A DNA stretch of 62,499 nt, filler included. It is 12 parts of 12 records of this genome, joined end to end, with 100 filler letters (N's around TTAATTAATTAA, not from the genome) between each part and the next. Parts side by side here need not be neighbours in the genome. Positions count along the whole stretch, not along the records: positions 1 to 5,799 come from SRR7504441_6245; positions 5,900 to 9,668 come from SRR7504441_6255; positions 9,769 to 14,369 come from SRR7504441_6258; 9 more parts are not named here. One strand, 5' to 3'. Of the stretch, positions 1 to 13,324 are shown piece after piece. Numbering within the stretch: the stretch's first letter is position 1; each line of letters starts with the position of its first letter. The position numbers and the translations under genes were made by a program. A model generated the notes under the pieces. That model made no database searches. It was given only the letters and a program-made list of their open reading frames with translations, and was not told the DNA's origin.

Positions 1-2
1 CA

Positions 3-3000
3 GACAGCGCCACCTATCCAGACGACTGTTTCTACGACCCCAGATACACAACATGGTATGAATTCGCAAGGCAGTACTCAGTACCCAGTGGTGCCCCAGA
101 CCCTGCCACGTTCGTGAGCCCTCTTTACAGTATTGGAGCCACCAACCAGCTTGGGACTGCATGTGCGGAGGCAATGTATACTGATGGAGACTGGGACAAT
201 AGTGCAGCTTTGATTGGGGTCTGGGTGACTGAATTCACAGTGAACGCGATAGGCACTTCTTTACTGTATTTGACCGATGGTTTGGATGGAACCCTATTCA
301 TCTCCAGCGCTGACACAACCGGGAGCACTGATGGTTACTTGCTAGCAGCCGGAGGTCAGTCCATCAGTGGAATCACTCTATGCTCGAGTTCAAGCGATGC
401 ATATATTTCAGATGCGACGACTCAAATCTACAGCGAGTACGATCATCTCTTTGCAAATGTCAATGGAGCTGTGTTGGTTGGCCACAATGTTGTATCTGGA
501 GTGATCTCAAGCATGTCCACCAGCCTATGCAATGTGATCTCGCTAGCCCGTGGACAGCTTTATGCTGAGTGTGATCAAACCCTTGACATCATGTTTATCT
601 GTGCAATCTTGTCAATCTCGGTGGCAATCACAATCTCAAGGTTCCAATTCCTGCACGTCTATGAGAAGCTCTTTGAGCTTCAAATCAGTTACAACTATGA
701 CGCAAGCGCCGAGGATGAAGCCGATGAAGTTGAGGAGCAATTGCACGAGATGGGACAATGGGCGCGCCTTAAGGTCCTTCAACTTGAGGAGTCTGTCCGT
801 AATTCACGGGTATCTGCTGCTTTTGAAGCAGGGACTGAGGCCAACTCCTCCGGTGGGAACTTAGGCTCGGGTTCTGGATCCCAGACCTGGTTCACAGGAC
901 AGCAGGCAGAGGTTGACGACGAAACAGCTAGACAGATACACGAGGCCAGAGACGGATACATGAGTTTGGAAGATGAAGTGTCTGAAATTATGCGTGTTTA
1001 TGCCGGCGATTTCCTACACGACAGCTCTAGGAATTGGGATGCGATGACCCGCCTGATGCTTATCAAGCTGTCAGACCAACTCGGCCCCCTACGATGCCTG
1101 GGTGATTTCCTCTTATGGTTCTACCCATGTTTCCAATCTACGATCTACCTTTGCCTTCTCGAATTTCTCCTGCTTTTGCTGATCGCACTGGAGATTGTAG
1201 CCGAGTTGACTTATGTTTCGACTAATACTCAGTATAGCCTCCAAGGCATTGGAATCTTTCTTCTTGGTGCAGATATGATGTTTGGTGTCCTGTACTCGAT
1301 TGTCCGGAATCAAGATGCCGGTCAAAAGGGAGCGTTGAGCAGAGATATTGTGTCAACGTTGTTTGTGGTTCCAGCATTGTGGCTTGTCTTGATGATAGTA
1401 TTCCTGTGCACTGATTCGCCTAATGACAGCGTGCACTTGGTGACTATCTATATCTATCCGCTTCTGTTGGTCTCACGGAATCAAAGGCTATGGCATTCTT
1501 TGAGAGCTTTTGCTTTCTCTTTCCGCGCTGCCAGTTCAGTGATGAATGTGCTTCTGTGTCTCCTTCTCACAAGCTCCGGGTTAGCACTGCTCATGCTTCA
1601 GGGCATGTATCAAACTGGCGACTACTTGACTGACATTCAGGTGGGCGCATTTTGGGCTCTGGCTCTTGGCCTATGCCTTAAATAGTTTCGTTGCTCATTT
1701 TTTGTGACTTGCAGTATGAAGATTTCTACAATTCGTTCATGACTATGTTCATTTACCTTACAAGTGGAGAGAATTACGCTGAAGCAACTGCGACGGCATA
1801 CAGTGATAACAGTTGGATGTGGATATTCTTTGTGTTCTGTTCTCTGATGGGGCTCTTCTTTATTACCTCTTTGCTCATAGAAGCCTTTTCACAGAGCTAC
1901 TATGAAAATAAGAAGGTCCTGCAGTCAGCGCACTATCAGCGCCAGCTTGCTTTCATGCTGGTGATGGAGACCTGGATGAGACATTCTCACCTTACATGTG
2001 CTTTACATGACTGTGAACAAAGACACCCAGCCGATCCAGGCTACGACCACTATTTGAAGTTCTGCCAGGGCGGGATGCCATTCGAAGTCTTCCTCAACTT
2101 GATGATCATGCAAAGCCATGCGCTCTCGAAGGGATTAGGCCGCTACAGCAAGGTGCCACCATAATCATCCGTTCACAGCGCCTGACTACCCACGTGTTGC
2201 TTTTCAGGCCTTCACGCGTGGTCTTCACTGGATAGAGTCGATTCGGACTGATGCTCGGGCGCTGGTCAAGCAGGTTGAGGCGGGTACAAAGGGCGCATCG
2301 CTCATTCACCCACTGCTTGATTTGTGTGCGGACATGATGTTCGATGGCTTGTATGATCGACTGCAACGTCTCGAAGCTTGTCCACCTGGTGATCGTGCTG
2401 TGCCACTGGCAGTGCGAAAGCAGAACTTGACCATTAGTGGCATGGGCGCGATGCCTGGTGCAGACGCAGGTTCTACAATCTCCAAATGGAGGGTGCTGTG
2501 GCTCCATGGCCAGTCTCCAACCAATACTCAGCTCAAACACGCACTGGATGAAGTTAGATCCTGGAACAGTGAGTGTCATGATCTAGAGCTTCAAAGTCTG
2601 GTGACCTCCGGCTCGCTTGTTCATTGCAGGTTCACTAACGACGTGCTGTTTCTTGTAGGTTGTCAAAATCTACCTGCATAAGTGGCGTTTCCACAGCATT
2701 TTCCGCCATTTGAATGTCTCGGGAAGCAGCCGGCTGACGTTATTAGAATTTGAGCGGCTCTATCAAATCGGCCAGGTATAAGCCGCACTGGATCCCCTTC
2801 TGAGACTTGCGTGTGAACAGATGGCAAGTGAGCTTGTGGACTCGGCTGCTTTGCGGGTCGATGTTGATAAGCTGCTTGTAGAAGATGAACTAGACAAGCT
2901 CACCGCCTCCATGCATCAAGGACGAGGAAAGATATCTAAAGATGAGGTGGAGACAGACCTGAAAGCCAGCCAGATATCACTTTCGGCTACATTTCCTTTG

Positions 3001-5799
3001 ACCGACGCGGAAGAAACCGAGGTCATGAAACGGTTTAATGATTTCGACGCCGATTTAGATGGCCAAATCGATTTCCAGGAGCTTGAAGAGGCACTCGAAG
3101 AGATCTGCAAAGCAGACGCAACCATTGCCTATTCCGCTGGAGAGATTCATGAGCTTATACAGAAGTACGACATTGACGAGAACGAGAGCATCAACCTGGA
3201 AGAATTCAAACAGCTGCGACACGAGTTAAAGATACCACCCCTCAGTGAGGAGGACGTGGCACTTCTGTGGTTGACAGAGACGCATGAACGCCTGAAACGC
3301 GAAAGCTTTAGGCATGACACCGACTTTAAAGATATGACCCATCAAATTGTTGAGCTCACATTTTATGCGCTGACATGGCTCAACTTGCTATGCCTTGCTC
3401 TTTACTATGGTGGTACCAGCACGACAGTCCTTGACTATCTAATGGCAACCTTTACCTTGTTAGGCTGGATTGAGGTGGGGATACAAATGTACTGCATTGG
3501 CCTTGCTGAATTCTTTCTCTGCCGGCATGAGCCACAACATCAAATCAGGCACTATGGTACCATCTTTTGCTTAACTGTGTCGTTGGCTGGGGTCATCTGC
3601 CTTTGGATTGCGGTCTCGGCTCAAAATTGGATGGCACCTAACACAGCCCGCTTTTTCATGGGGTTCTCAACTCTTTGTGTGTTCACCAAGTCGTACACGT
3701 TTAGCAAAATGCTACAGACGCTCTTTGCTGTGGCAAATGCGTCTGCCTCGCTAATACTGGCATTGGTGATCACTGGATTCCTCTTTGCAGTTGCTGCGCA
3801 CGATATGTTTGGAAGTAAACCTGTTGATGAGGACAAGAATGCCTATTTCAACACCTACTCAAAGTCGCTCTCTACCATGTTCAGGTGAAAAGTTTCAAGA
3901 TAATTGGAGTGTGGGTTTAATTCTTAGTTGTCTGCAGATTGTTTGTTGGCGAAGCGTGGCATGCTGTCATGTACGATACCTCGGCTGCCACAGTAGAAGT
4001 CTCGAATTGGTTCTTTGTTGCATACCTTGTACTGGTCAGTGTTCCCCGAGATGTGTCTGTCTAGTTTACTCATGTTTGACAGATGTATCTTCTTTTTGCT
4101 CAACTTTTCGTCGGTGTGATCATCAACCTATATACTGAGGTCCAAGGTCTGAAGTCTCAGCGGCTGTACAATGTATTACACGAGCTCTATAGTAGGTTTA
4201 GTGTTTCGGAACGTGAAGCCATGAAGAAAAGCCTTCTACTCTTGAACCGCAAGCTCGTCTACATACACCAGGCACTCGACATCGCTGAGATCGAAACACA
4301 TGAGAGCTGCAGTGATCAATGGGACGAAATCTTCGACAAAATCGAGCGTGAGCGCATTCAACAGCAGACACTCAATAAGTTCAGGAGTACTCGTGGAGGC
4401 AGTGGACCGTCGCGGAGAATCAGCCGTCGGAGCTCTCAGCGAAGCACCAACTCTAAGGGTATGGCAGAGCACCAGCTTGACGAGATCGACATGTACACAG
4501 ATTGGGTAGGAGAGATTGTGAACAGTGCCGACGAAGCTCAAATACATCAGCTACTGGATGAGAACCCATGGCTCAGCCAGCCCGGATCCGTTCACGATGA
4601 CAGTCCTGAACCTGTATCTATGAGCAAATCTGTAAGCGGCGTTGGTACATCCAATGGCGACGGTACCAATGAGTCCAAGGTCCCGCCCAGCACAGGTCTG
4701 GATGCGTCTTCAATCGCAGTCAACACAACAGAAGCTCCAGTCCCCGAGCAAGAGATTCGTGGTTGGGAGAGTTCAACGAAGCCTGAACCTCCAAACCACG
4801 AATCCCTTGTTCCTGGGCTGGAGCAGATGAGTCCGCACCCTCCGGAGCTTGAGCCTATGAGTCCGCACCCTCCTCTGGATCCTGGCAACGACCACGCTGA
4901 CCTCGATCAGGGAACAGACCTGACCTTCATCAGGGAACTGACCTCGTCCGATCAAAAGGCTCCTGGGCTTGAGCCCGTGGTATCATACATCCCTGATTTG
5001 CAGCACGCTGTTGTCAAGTCCGACGAGCTGACTCTGATAGAGAAGGAGGAGGCCGCTACCAATCTACGAGTGACCATGTTCACCAAATATTCCGCAGTAG
5101 GCATAGCAGTAGTGACAGCAGTCCTCATCACCGGACTTCTCATTGCTGTATACTACTATTCCCTCAAGGTCGTGGACGAAGACAAGCTCAAAATCCTCTG
5201 TCAGGCTCAGTCACACGCAGAATTGGTGACAGATTGGCTAGCAGAAGACACGGCCTATACTGCTGTTCGCCTGGCCGACATGTACAATCGGTTGACATAT
5301 ACCTACGCTGATTCAGGCAATTATGTCAGTGGTACAATGCTTTCCACAATGATGGGCATTGCCTACTCGAATCTCCCTTCTGTTGGAACCACTGGTGCGA
5401 TCTTTGCAGTTTGGCAAACGAGCGCCTGGGTATTTTCTTGTGAATACCATGATAATACTTTAAAGGCCAGGTTATACAAGAGTGGAGCATGCTACGAGAC
5501 ATCATACGACGCCGTTGCTGGGCTAGACGCATCTGCCTGGCAAGCCACCAGCTATGGCCCTCTTGGAGTGACCACCTGCGGCGACGTTCCGAGTCAAAGC
5601 TGGTACACCACTGCGCGATCACTCGGCTCAACCGCAACGAGTGCGACTGTCAATACTGTGTCAAGTGGCTACATTGGGATAACATACATGAAACAGCAGG
5701 CAAAGAGCACAGGAGCCGATGAGGCCATTGTGTTTGGTGCCAGCATGGACGGCAGACAGCTGAGCACCTACATCCAAGAAGGCACACCAGCAAAGGGAG
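3..5799 (+). CDS. Partial multi-exon gene: dCache-like domain, two-repeat (TPC-like) cation channel with EF-hand linker, then a second TM plus Cache-like domain
   Basis: Frame 3 from the contig start reads YDPRYTTWYEFA...FVSPLY, in frame with ORF 114. Pore loops are MFIYLTSGENY and (after splicing) MFRLFVGEAW. EF-hands DADLDGQIDFQE and DIDENESINLEE. GT-AG introns (e.g. 1641-1714) join ORFs 114, 1691, 2322, 2821 and 4083. Open at both contig ends. Confidence 0.8.
4810..4875 (+). repeat. Short coding tandem repeat (LEQMSPHPP / LEPMSPHPP)
   Basis: atgagtccgcaccctcc occurs twice, 30 nt apart. Confidence 0.8.
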
Positions 5800-5899
5800 N
5801 NNNNNNNNNNNNNNNNNNNNNNNNNNNNNNNNNNNNNNNNNNNTTAATTAATTAANNNNNNNNNNNNNNNNNNNNNNNNNNNNNNNNNNNNNNNNNNNN
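5800..5899. other. Artificial contig-joining spacer (N44-TTAATTAATTAA-N44)
   Basis: Identical 100-nt spacers also at 9669-9768, 14370-14469, 20865-20964, 25361-25460, 30067-30166, 34498-34597, 38806-38905, 42522-42621, 52613-52712 and 57060-57159. Confidence 0.99.
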
Positions 5900-6083
5900 G
5901 TCATGTTCTGTTTTAGCCACCACACAGCCTCCTGCACCGTGCCGATCAGCAAGCACCCGGATTGGGAGTGCTTGCCTGCATCTCCTCTCTGCCAGTCCGG
6001 CCCACCAACCGCTTGAGCACCCGCCCGGCCGCCTCGTGTGCCCGATCAACAGCCCCAGCACACAATCTGCACCCATGCTTGAG

Positions 6084-9000
6084 TCAGTCACGGTCAAAAT
6101 TGCAGCACCTGCGGTAGAAGGCTCGACCCGAGGCCGCAGCCGCCTGTGCACGCCACAAGTCCAGGACACGGTGTAACGGCTTTCGTCGTAGAACAGCCGA
6201 CAGCCAGGCCAGCGCAGATTGCTTGATGTGGCGGTGGCCCTGTCCCGATTGAGCTGCTGCAGCGGGTGAGCAAACCGTGTGGCTGACTGCAGCTAGCTCG
6301 GCCTCCAGCGCCCCAACCTGCCGCTGAGGGTCATCACACCCATGACAAGGACAACCTTCTCGGTGAGCGGCTGATGCCGAGCCTCTGACTCTGCGAGCTT
6401 AGCTTTGAGGCTCTTGATCAGCTCCTGGTCCTGGTCCCACTGCACCCCCAGTGCAGCCTGCACAGGTTGTTGACCGGCCACTTACGCAGGTTGCCTGCTC
6501 GAGTTGTTCTAGCCGCAGTCTTGCCTCGGCCAATTCAGCCTCCAAGCCCTGCTCAAGCGTGAAAATGCCGTCGGAAAACAGATCGGGCACCTGCATCTCC
6601 CGCTGCTGCTGTTGGAGTTGATCAGACTTTGCCTTCAGCCGACTCTCCAAAGTGAGCCTCTGGCTAGAAAACACCAGCGCCGCCTGGCTGCGCTCAGATC
6701 TGATGTTGGATTCCGTTATGAACGCGTCCGCCAGGTTTTGCAAATTATCCTGAAGCTGGTTGCACAAGGCCAGTTCCATTGCGCTGGCCGCCGCAACTGC
6801 CTGGTCGCCTCTGCGCATCGCACAGCTGACTGCTGCACGCGCAGACTGCTGCTGCCTCCGCAGCTGCTTCTCCTGGTCACAGGCGGTTTGGTGGTTGCTT
6901 TGGAGCTCCTCGATCAGGCCGGTGGTCATCGTCTTGAGATGAAGCAACTCGCTGCCCGGAGTTCCAACTGTCCGACTCTGCTCTTCGAGCGCGGGGTTCA
7001 GCTTTTCCAGCTCGCTTTGCACTCTCTCCGCCACAAGCACTGCCGTTACTAAGTCAGAACTCGGTGGCAAGGCTGCTATCGCTGGCTGAACCACCCGCGC
7101 GGAGGTCGCCTTTTGAGCGGCCCTGTAGAGATCCTCGGCCTTGCGTGCAGCGGCTGCTTTGCATTCCCAATGGGCCACAAGCCCTCTCAAGCAATACGCT
7201 CTTACCCGTGCGACCCAGCTCGACATCAGCCGCACAGCCACGGTCTGGGTGCCGCGCACTAGCTTCTTGCTCACTACAGCAAGTGTTCGTGTATCACTTT
7301 TAGCCGTCTCACGCGCCGCGATCATCTGGCGCCCCTGGGCTGACAGCCGGGCACACGCGTCCTGGTGTCGCTTCTCGGCGTCCATGTGGCCCATGTGCGC
7401 CGCCTGCACTGCCACCTCCATGGCCTCTGACCGAGCCACCGCAGCCCTTAGAGCCTCCCCCCCTCGCTGACCAACAGAGCGCATCCACCCGCGCTGCCAT
7501 CGAGAAAGCGCCCGCAGGTTCTGGTATGCCAAGGTCCGGCGGCGCTGAGCCATCCGAGTGCACACCTGCCCCGCCGACTGTGGCCGCTAGGCTGGCCTGT
7601 CCGGTCACCCGGATGAGCGGCACAGGAACGCTTCCCGCGAGCGAATGAGGAAGTCGTATCGCCATCCCAGTCGGCCTATTGTGAACCGCGCGCTCCTCTT
7701 CAGGCATGCCCGCCAGCGACGCCGCGCGCAGCTCGGGCGGCATTCTGCCCAGCAGGCTGGCCTTGTCTTCAGCCGGCATGACCGCGAGCGCGCCGTCACG
7801 AGCGGCTGGCGAGAGCGCCCCGAGCAACGTGAGCTGGAGCTCGGGGGCCATAGCCCCAAGCGGCGCTGTCCGCTGCTCGGGGGTGAGCTCAGCCATCACG
7901 GCTGCCGCCTGCTCAGCCGACATGGCCAGGAGCACCGAGAGCTGCCACTCGAGACACAGTCCGTCCAGCACCAGCGCTGTCTCCCACGATGCCAGGCCAC
8001 TCACCGCCTCAATGGCCGCATCCGCCGACTCGACGCTAGCTCCGCGCAACTGCAGCGCCCCAGTCCGCAGCTGGCGTACGGCCGCTTTACAGCACGGACC
8101 GAATGCCATCGCCCACCAGGCCAGAGCCACTATCCTCACCCCCTTGGCTCTGCTCGCACCTTGCCACCAGCTCGCGGCCGCTGCTGTCATGGCCATCCGG
8201 TCACGCCCCCCGACCAGCGCGCCGATCAGCGGCTCAGCCAGCTGTTCGAGCCCCGGGATATTGCCATCGGCCCACTTGACTTTCCAGCCTTGGGCAGATA
8301 GCGACTCGACGGCTGTGGCAGCATGCTCAGAGTAGCGCCACAGCTCGCCCCCAGCACCGCCCCCGCGGAGCACTTGGACCCACTCGCGCCAGCTATGCCA
8401 GCCAGGCCCGCCGACCCAGCGCTTGGGTTCGCACAGCACTGCTGCGGCCTCGTTGCAGCGGTTGAGTTCACCAGGGGCTTCGACAAACGATTCGAGGTCG
8501 ATTTCATTCCGAATCGCCCGGCAGCTGCCGAGCTGGTTTTCGAGCTGCCCCCCCAGCGCTGTGAGCTCGCGCCCTCTGCTGGCCAGCTGCTCGGACAGCG
8601 CGGCCTCCTCCTGCTTCAGCCCGTCCAGTTTCACTTCAGCCATCTCCTCCACCGCCCGCGCGGCCTCCCCAAACCGTCCTGACAGCGCCAGCGTCGCCTG
8701 GTCCGGCGGGTCGGCCCGGCCGGCCTGCTCGAGCTTCTGGTCGATCGCCTCCATCCTGAGCCTGAGCAGCTTCAGCTTGGCGGCCACTCGCCTCTGGGCG
8801 AGCGGCGCCAGCCGTTCCGAGGAGATTGTGCCGCACCGGGTCTCGTGCCGCTCGGTGCGGTCCAGGTCGTCGAAGAGCCGACCGCACACCTATCGAGCCG
8901 GTCAGCGCTAGCCACAGCGGCCGGTTCCTGGCAGTCGAAGGGGCCGCTCTTCCCGCAGCGGCTTTCGTGCCGCTCGGCGGCCGCCAGGCTGCTGAACAGC

Positions 9001-9084
9001 TTGGAGCACACCTGCACCGCCTGGTGAGTCGGCGGCTGGGCGAAGCGGCGGCACTTCGCATTCGAACTGCTCCGCACTCGCCAT
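6084..9084 (-). CDS. Multi-exon hypothetical protein: two N-terminal C2HC zinc-finger-like repeats, 12-aa helical repeats and coiled coils (3' end uncertain)
   Basis: Spliced N-terminus MASAEQFECEVCSKLFSSLAAAERHESRC...FDCQVCGRLFDDLDRTERHETRC; repeats such as LTPEQRTAPLGA, MAPELQLTLLGA, MPPELRAASLAG; ORFs 7309-8889 and 6399-7565. Confidence 0.55.
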
Positions 9085-10107
9085 CCTTCAGACCATTAGC
9101 TGCGGCTGTCCTCGCAGCACTCCGAAAATCATCAACCGTCGGTGTTGTTGTCGCCTAATGTTTTAGGATTTCGCCGACTGGCTGGTATGGCCCACCCGCC
9201 ATCGTCGGCAGCCTGCCCACCCGCTCGGCACGACCCGGCATGGCCATACCGGATCGTCGGGCAACTCGGCATCTGCGCCCCAGGGCTGGCTGGCCGATCT
9301 CGTTCGTGGCATCTGCCCCGCCCGCACCGTGGACGCGCCGGCCGCCCGGGCAGCGGCCGGTCCTCCGGAAAGAACGCGAACAAGACGGTCTCGATCTCCT
9401 TGAAGTCCCTTTCCTAACCTTGCATGAGCCACACACGGTACAACTCCGCTTGGGAGAGACCGCGCATCCGTTGCGACCACGGTTTCACCTGCCGAAAATC
9501 TCAGTCGCACCACGCGCTGGCTGGCACCTCGATGACGAGGACGCCCCCGTTCAGCCAGAGCGCCAGGCCGTCGGGCTGGAGTTGGTCCATGGCCAGCTGC
9601 AGGATGTAGCCCTGTAGACGTAGCTCTGAAGATTCTTTGAAGATCTTCCAAGTTCTGATCTCGGCCTGNNNNNNNNNNNNNNNNNNNNNNNNNNNNNNNN
9701 NNNNNNNNNNNNTTAATTAATTAANNNNNNNNNNNNNNNNNNNNNNNNNNNNNNNNNNNNNNNNNNNNGGTCGTTCGCCTGACTCCACGGCATCGTCTGG
9801 TCTACCGGCTGGATCGGTTGGCCCGGAAGACTGTTACGATTGTCTCTTGTATTTTTGTCGATCGATCCGAGGCTGCGCTGCAGTAACGCTGCAGCTACCT
9901 CTTCGCCTCTTTTTTTTCGCTCTTCCACTTTCTGACGTAGATTTTATACATACATGTGGGATCCATCATGAGCCCCTTTGAGCCGCTAGGCTAGACTCTA
10001 GAGCCTACTCGTACCAGTCGGTAGACCGACTTTAATCAAACTAAATCAGCATCACCGAGCCAATTCCAACTTAGAATACATGTAGTCATGCTACCGGCAC
10101 GCCGGCA

Positions 10108-13100
10108 TCAGAACACATTTGCGACTGCCAATGGCAGCATCCTTGCATCGCTGGTGACTGGGATGGTAATGTTCACATCCGGAAGCCCTTCCGCACTGGC
10201 TTGAACCACAATCGGGCCGGGCCGACCATCAACGAGTTGGGAGGTGCTGTCCCGTCCCGCGTCAATGTTCACAAGCTGGAGAAGACGGCGGTCCTCTGGG
10301 GCACCTGTCATGATTTGTGTCGATTGAACGAACACTCGTACCATTCCATAGTGAGCAGCGCAAGTTGGCAATGTGCTATCGAGTTCAGCATATGGGCTAC
10401 CATTGTGGGTTGCCAATATCTTGCCGCCTCCTGAAATGACACGAAAGGTGACATTGAGTGCTGCACTGGGATGCTGCGGGTCGACTAGAACCCCATTGCC
10501 ATCCTGCAGCTCAGCACTCACCATGGCAACATCCTGGCCGTCAGCAACAAGCATCGTGCCAGTGCCGGTGGCGACTGATGGGGCATCGAGCTGGAGCCGT
10601 ATCTGGACTGCAGCACCGGCTGTATGCACAGTGTGGCAAGCCAGGCGTGAGCCGGCTTCGTCAAGCGCCTCAGCTGTGAGGTTACCATGCTCATATGGAA
10701 CTGCCGGAAAGGTAGCGAAACCGAAGAAGGCAACTGGCGCCCGGCTCCCTGTGGGCTTGCCATTCACCCAGAGCTGAACGAGCGGCGCATTTGTGTAGAC
10801 ATGGATCGAACGCTCGGTTGAGTTGGGCAAGCCAACCCAGCGATCCACGATCCTCACGATGAAGGGGGCAGCATATAGCGAGGCAGCCTCCGGCCAGAGG
10901 ACCGGTCGACCTGCATCCTGTGCACTGATGTTACTGAGCCACCATGATCTGAACCACCACACAATCGGCTTTTCGAATCCAGCTCGGTCTCCAAGCATAC
11001 CTGTAGCTGAGCTGCCAAGACCGCCCTCCGTGTCGCCAGTATAGTCAAATCCCGACCAAACATACGTGCCGGCATTGAAGGCGCGACTGTCACTATACTC
11101 GACCTGCGTCGCTGTGCAGTTGGCCTGCTCGTTGTTGTATTGGCAAACAGCCGCTGCTGGGTTTGGCTGCGGGCAGATATCCACATCGACGCCGCGCTCG
11201 GTCTCGCATATTACCGCCTCGGATGAAAACTGTATACTCGGCTCAGCTTTTAGTCTAAGGGGGCGTAGTACCAGCGGTTTGGTCGGATTCTGGGCGTGCC
11301 AACTGTCCATGTGTTGCCCCTGCAAATGCGATAAAGAAAGTCACTAGTCGAACCAAAGGCAACCAGTGCACCGTGCGATGAGACATGCCTTGAATGTCCA
11401 AGCTTCTCAACGCAACCGCTCCGACAATATGGTTCTCTGTCACAGGGCGGGTGCCATCATACTGGTCGCTCACTTCTCGCATCGGGGCCGCTGCACTCTC
11501 ATTTACGCAATTCACCTGTATGTACATAACCTCGCCTGCTGCCGGAGTGGCTGGCCCACCTCATTACAGAAGTTCCATGCCCATACACTTGCATGCGACC
11601 TATCACGCTGCACCAAATCGGCCAGGTCGAGCTGCGCTTGCTCCGAACTCTCAGGGTCATACACTGCAACGAGCGAGTAAGTTGTACTTGCAGCCATCGC
11701 GCAATCACCCCCGTACGGCGAGGTGTGACCTCCGTAGAAATGGTTCTCATCCAGCACCAAGATACCAACTAAACCACCGCCGATCAGCTGTCAGCCGGCG
11801 CCGGGCGGTAGCTTACGACGGTCTGCGATGTCTAGCCTTGTGCTCACCGGAGGGTTATGCTGCCCAGCCACTCAGCACTACATCGCAGCTACAGCCCACA
11901 CCGCCATCCGCCAGGCATTGCCGCCAGCAGTCCGAATGGCCTGCGCCCTGTACAAGTTGACCCTCTCGGGCACCGCCGCCCCGACCCCTCCGAACGACGA
12001 GTGGTCGCAAAACCCGCGCATCTTGACATGCTGTCCATTCAGCCACAGCCCGCTGTTGGGGTCCAACCGAATGTCACGCACCCCAAATGTGATATTCTGT
12101 GCATCAACAGCCGCTGGGCTGTCGAGCACAAGGCTCAAACTGGCCTGATATAGCCATGGCCTCGCCACTGACCACATCTGCATCGCGCCTGCTGGGCTTG
12201 CCTTGAGTACGAACGTTGCCTGGCCACTCGGCGGCACAGTCACAGGTGCTGACACTGCCGAGCCAACCAGTCTGCCAGTTGAAGGCTCGATGAACTCGGC
12301 ACGGACCCACGCGCGGGCCTGCCGACTAGCGATGCTGGCCACCACACCCTGGGCCACCAGCTGCACTCCAGTGGCCGCCTGGCCGGCTGCCGGCGATGGT
12401 CCGTTGGGCATCACGCTGCTGTTCTTGAGCTCTGCGTGCACCCACGCCCGGTCAGGCGGCAGGAAGACTGGGCCGGTATGGATCAGCTGCTGATGCCTCG
12501 TGAGCCCGCCGCCTTGGAACCAGTACCCAGTGCCAGGGTCGGCGTTGGCAAGAACAGCCAGTACGTTGACGCTTCCGTTGCCAAACTGGATGTGCGGGTC
12601 TAGCCTTCGTGCAAACGAGGTGTAGCCAGACACGTGCGCTCCGAGCGGGACGCCATTGACCCAGACTGCAGAGTTACGGAAGATCCCTCCGAAATACACG
12701 TAGATGGCGTCGCCCGCCCACTCGCCCGGTACGCTGAAGTGCTTGCGGTACCACCCAGAGCAATTGTTCACAGCCGCGACAGCCGCGGCCGCCAGTCCGT
12801 TCTTGAGGCAATGTGACTGCCGGCCGAGAGCCATATCGTGCGGTGTGTCAACCACTAGCCAGTCGTCGTCCTTAAAGGTGCGCTCAGCCTGGACTGGCAT
12901 GCTGAGGTTGGATACCCCGCCCAGAGTGCCCGACCACCGGCCGGGCTGGATAAGCCGGGGCTGGTCGTTGTCCTTCACATAGCAGCTGCGCCCGTTGAAG
13001 TCCCAGGCGCGGCAGGTGGGCCGGTTGGCACACTCGGCACAGCACTCCTCCTTGCTGGCCACCGGGCCCTGCCAGAAGAACCCCCGGCCATAGTTGACCC

Positions 13101-13254
13101 CAGATTCGTACCGGCACTGCATCGCCCGCGGGCTGGCCGACGCGGGCGAGTAACGCCAGCCGAAGTCGAAGTTGACGACATCGCGCCCGGCGGTCAGCCG
13201 CGCGCACAGCAGCCCGAGCCAGAGCAGGGCGGGGCCGACCGATTGGGAGCGCAT
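10108..13254 (-). CDS. Secreted glycoside hydrolase family 2 (beta-galactosidase-like) with a PAN/apple insert; 5 small introns
   Basis: Signal peptide; NFDFGWRY, GWYRKHF, GYTSF, NAWRMAHNPP (spliced), RDRSHASVWAWNFCNE (acid/base), FSSE (nucleophile), WSGFDYTG, C-terminal ADGQDVA domain. Confidence 0.92.
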
Positions 13255-13324
13255 TCGACGTCGCCCGGCGAGTGGCCGAGTGGCAGTTGGATGGCCGTTT
13301 TCAGGCTGAACGAGATCGCTCGTA

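Noticed and set aside
6458-6494. Further GC-AG intron candidates here and at 53426-53465
   Set aside because: An in-frame GT donor lies 6-9 nt inside each, so the donor is ambiguous; not counted
9150-9668. Possible minus-strand exons (GYILQLAMDQLQPDG..., ERDFKEIETVLFAFF)
   Set aside because: Probably coding, but I could not build a consistent model or assign a family
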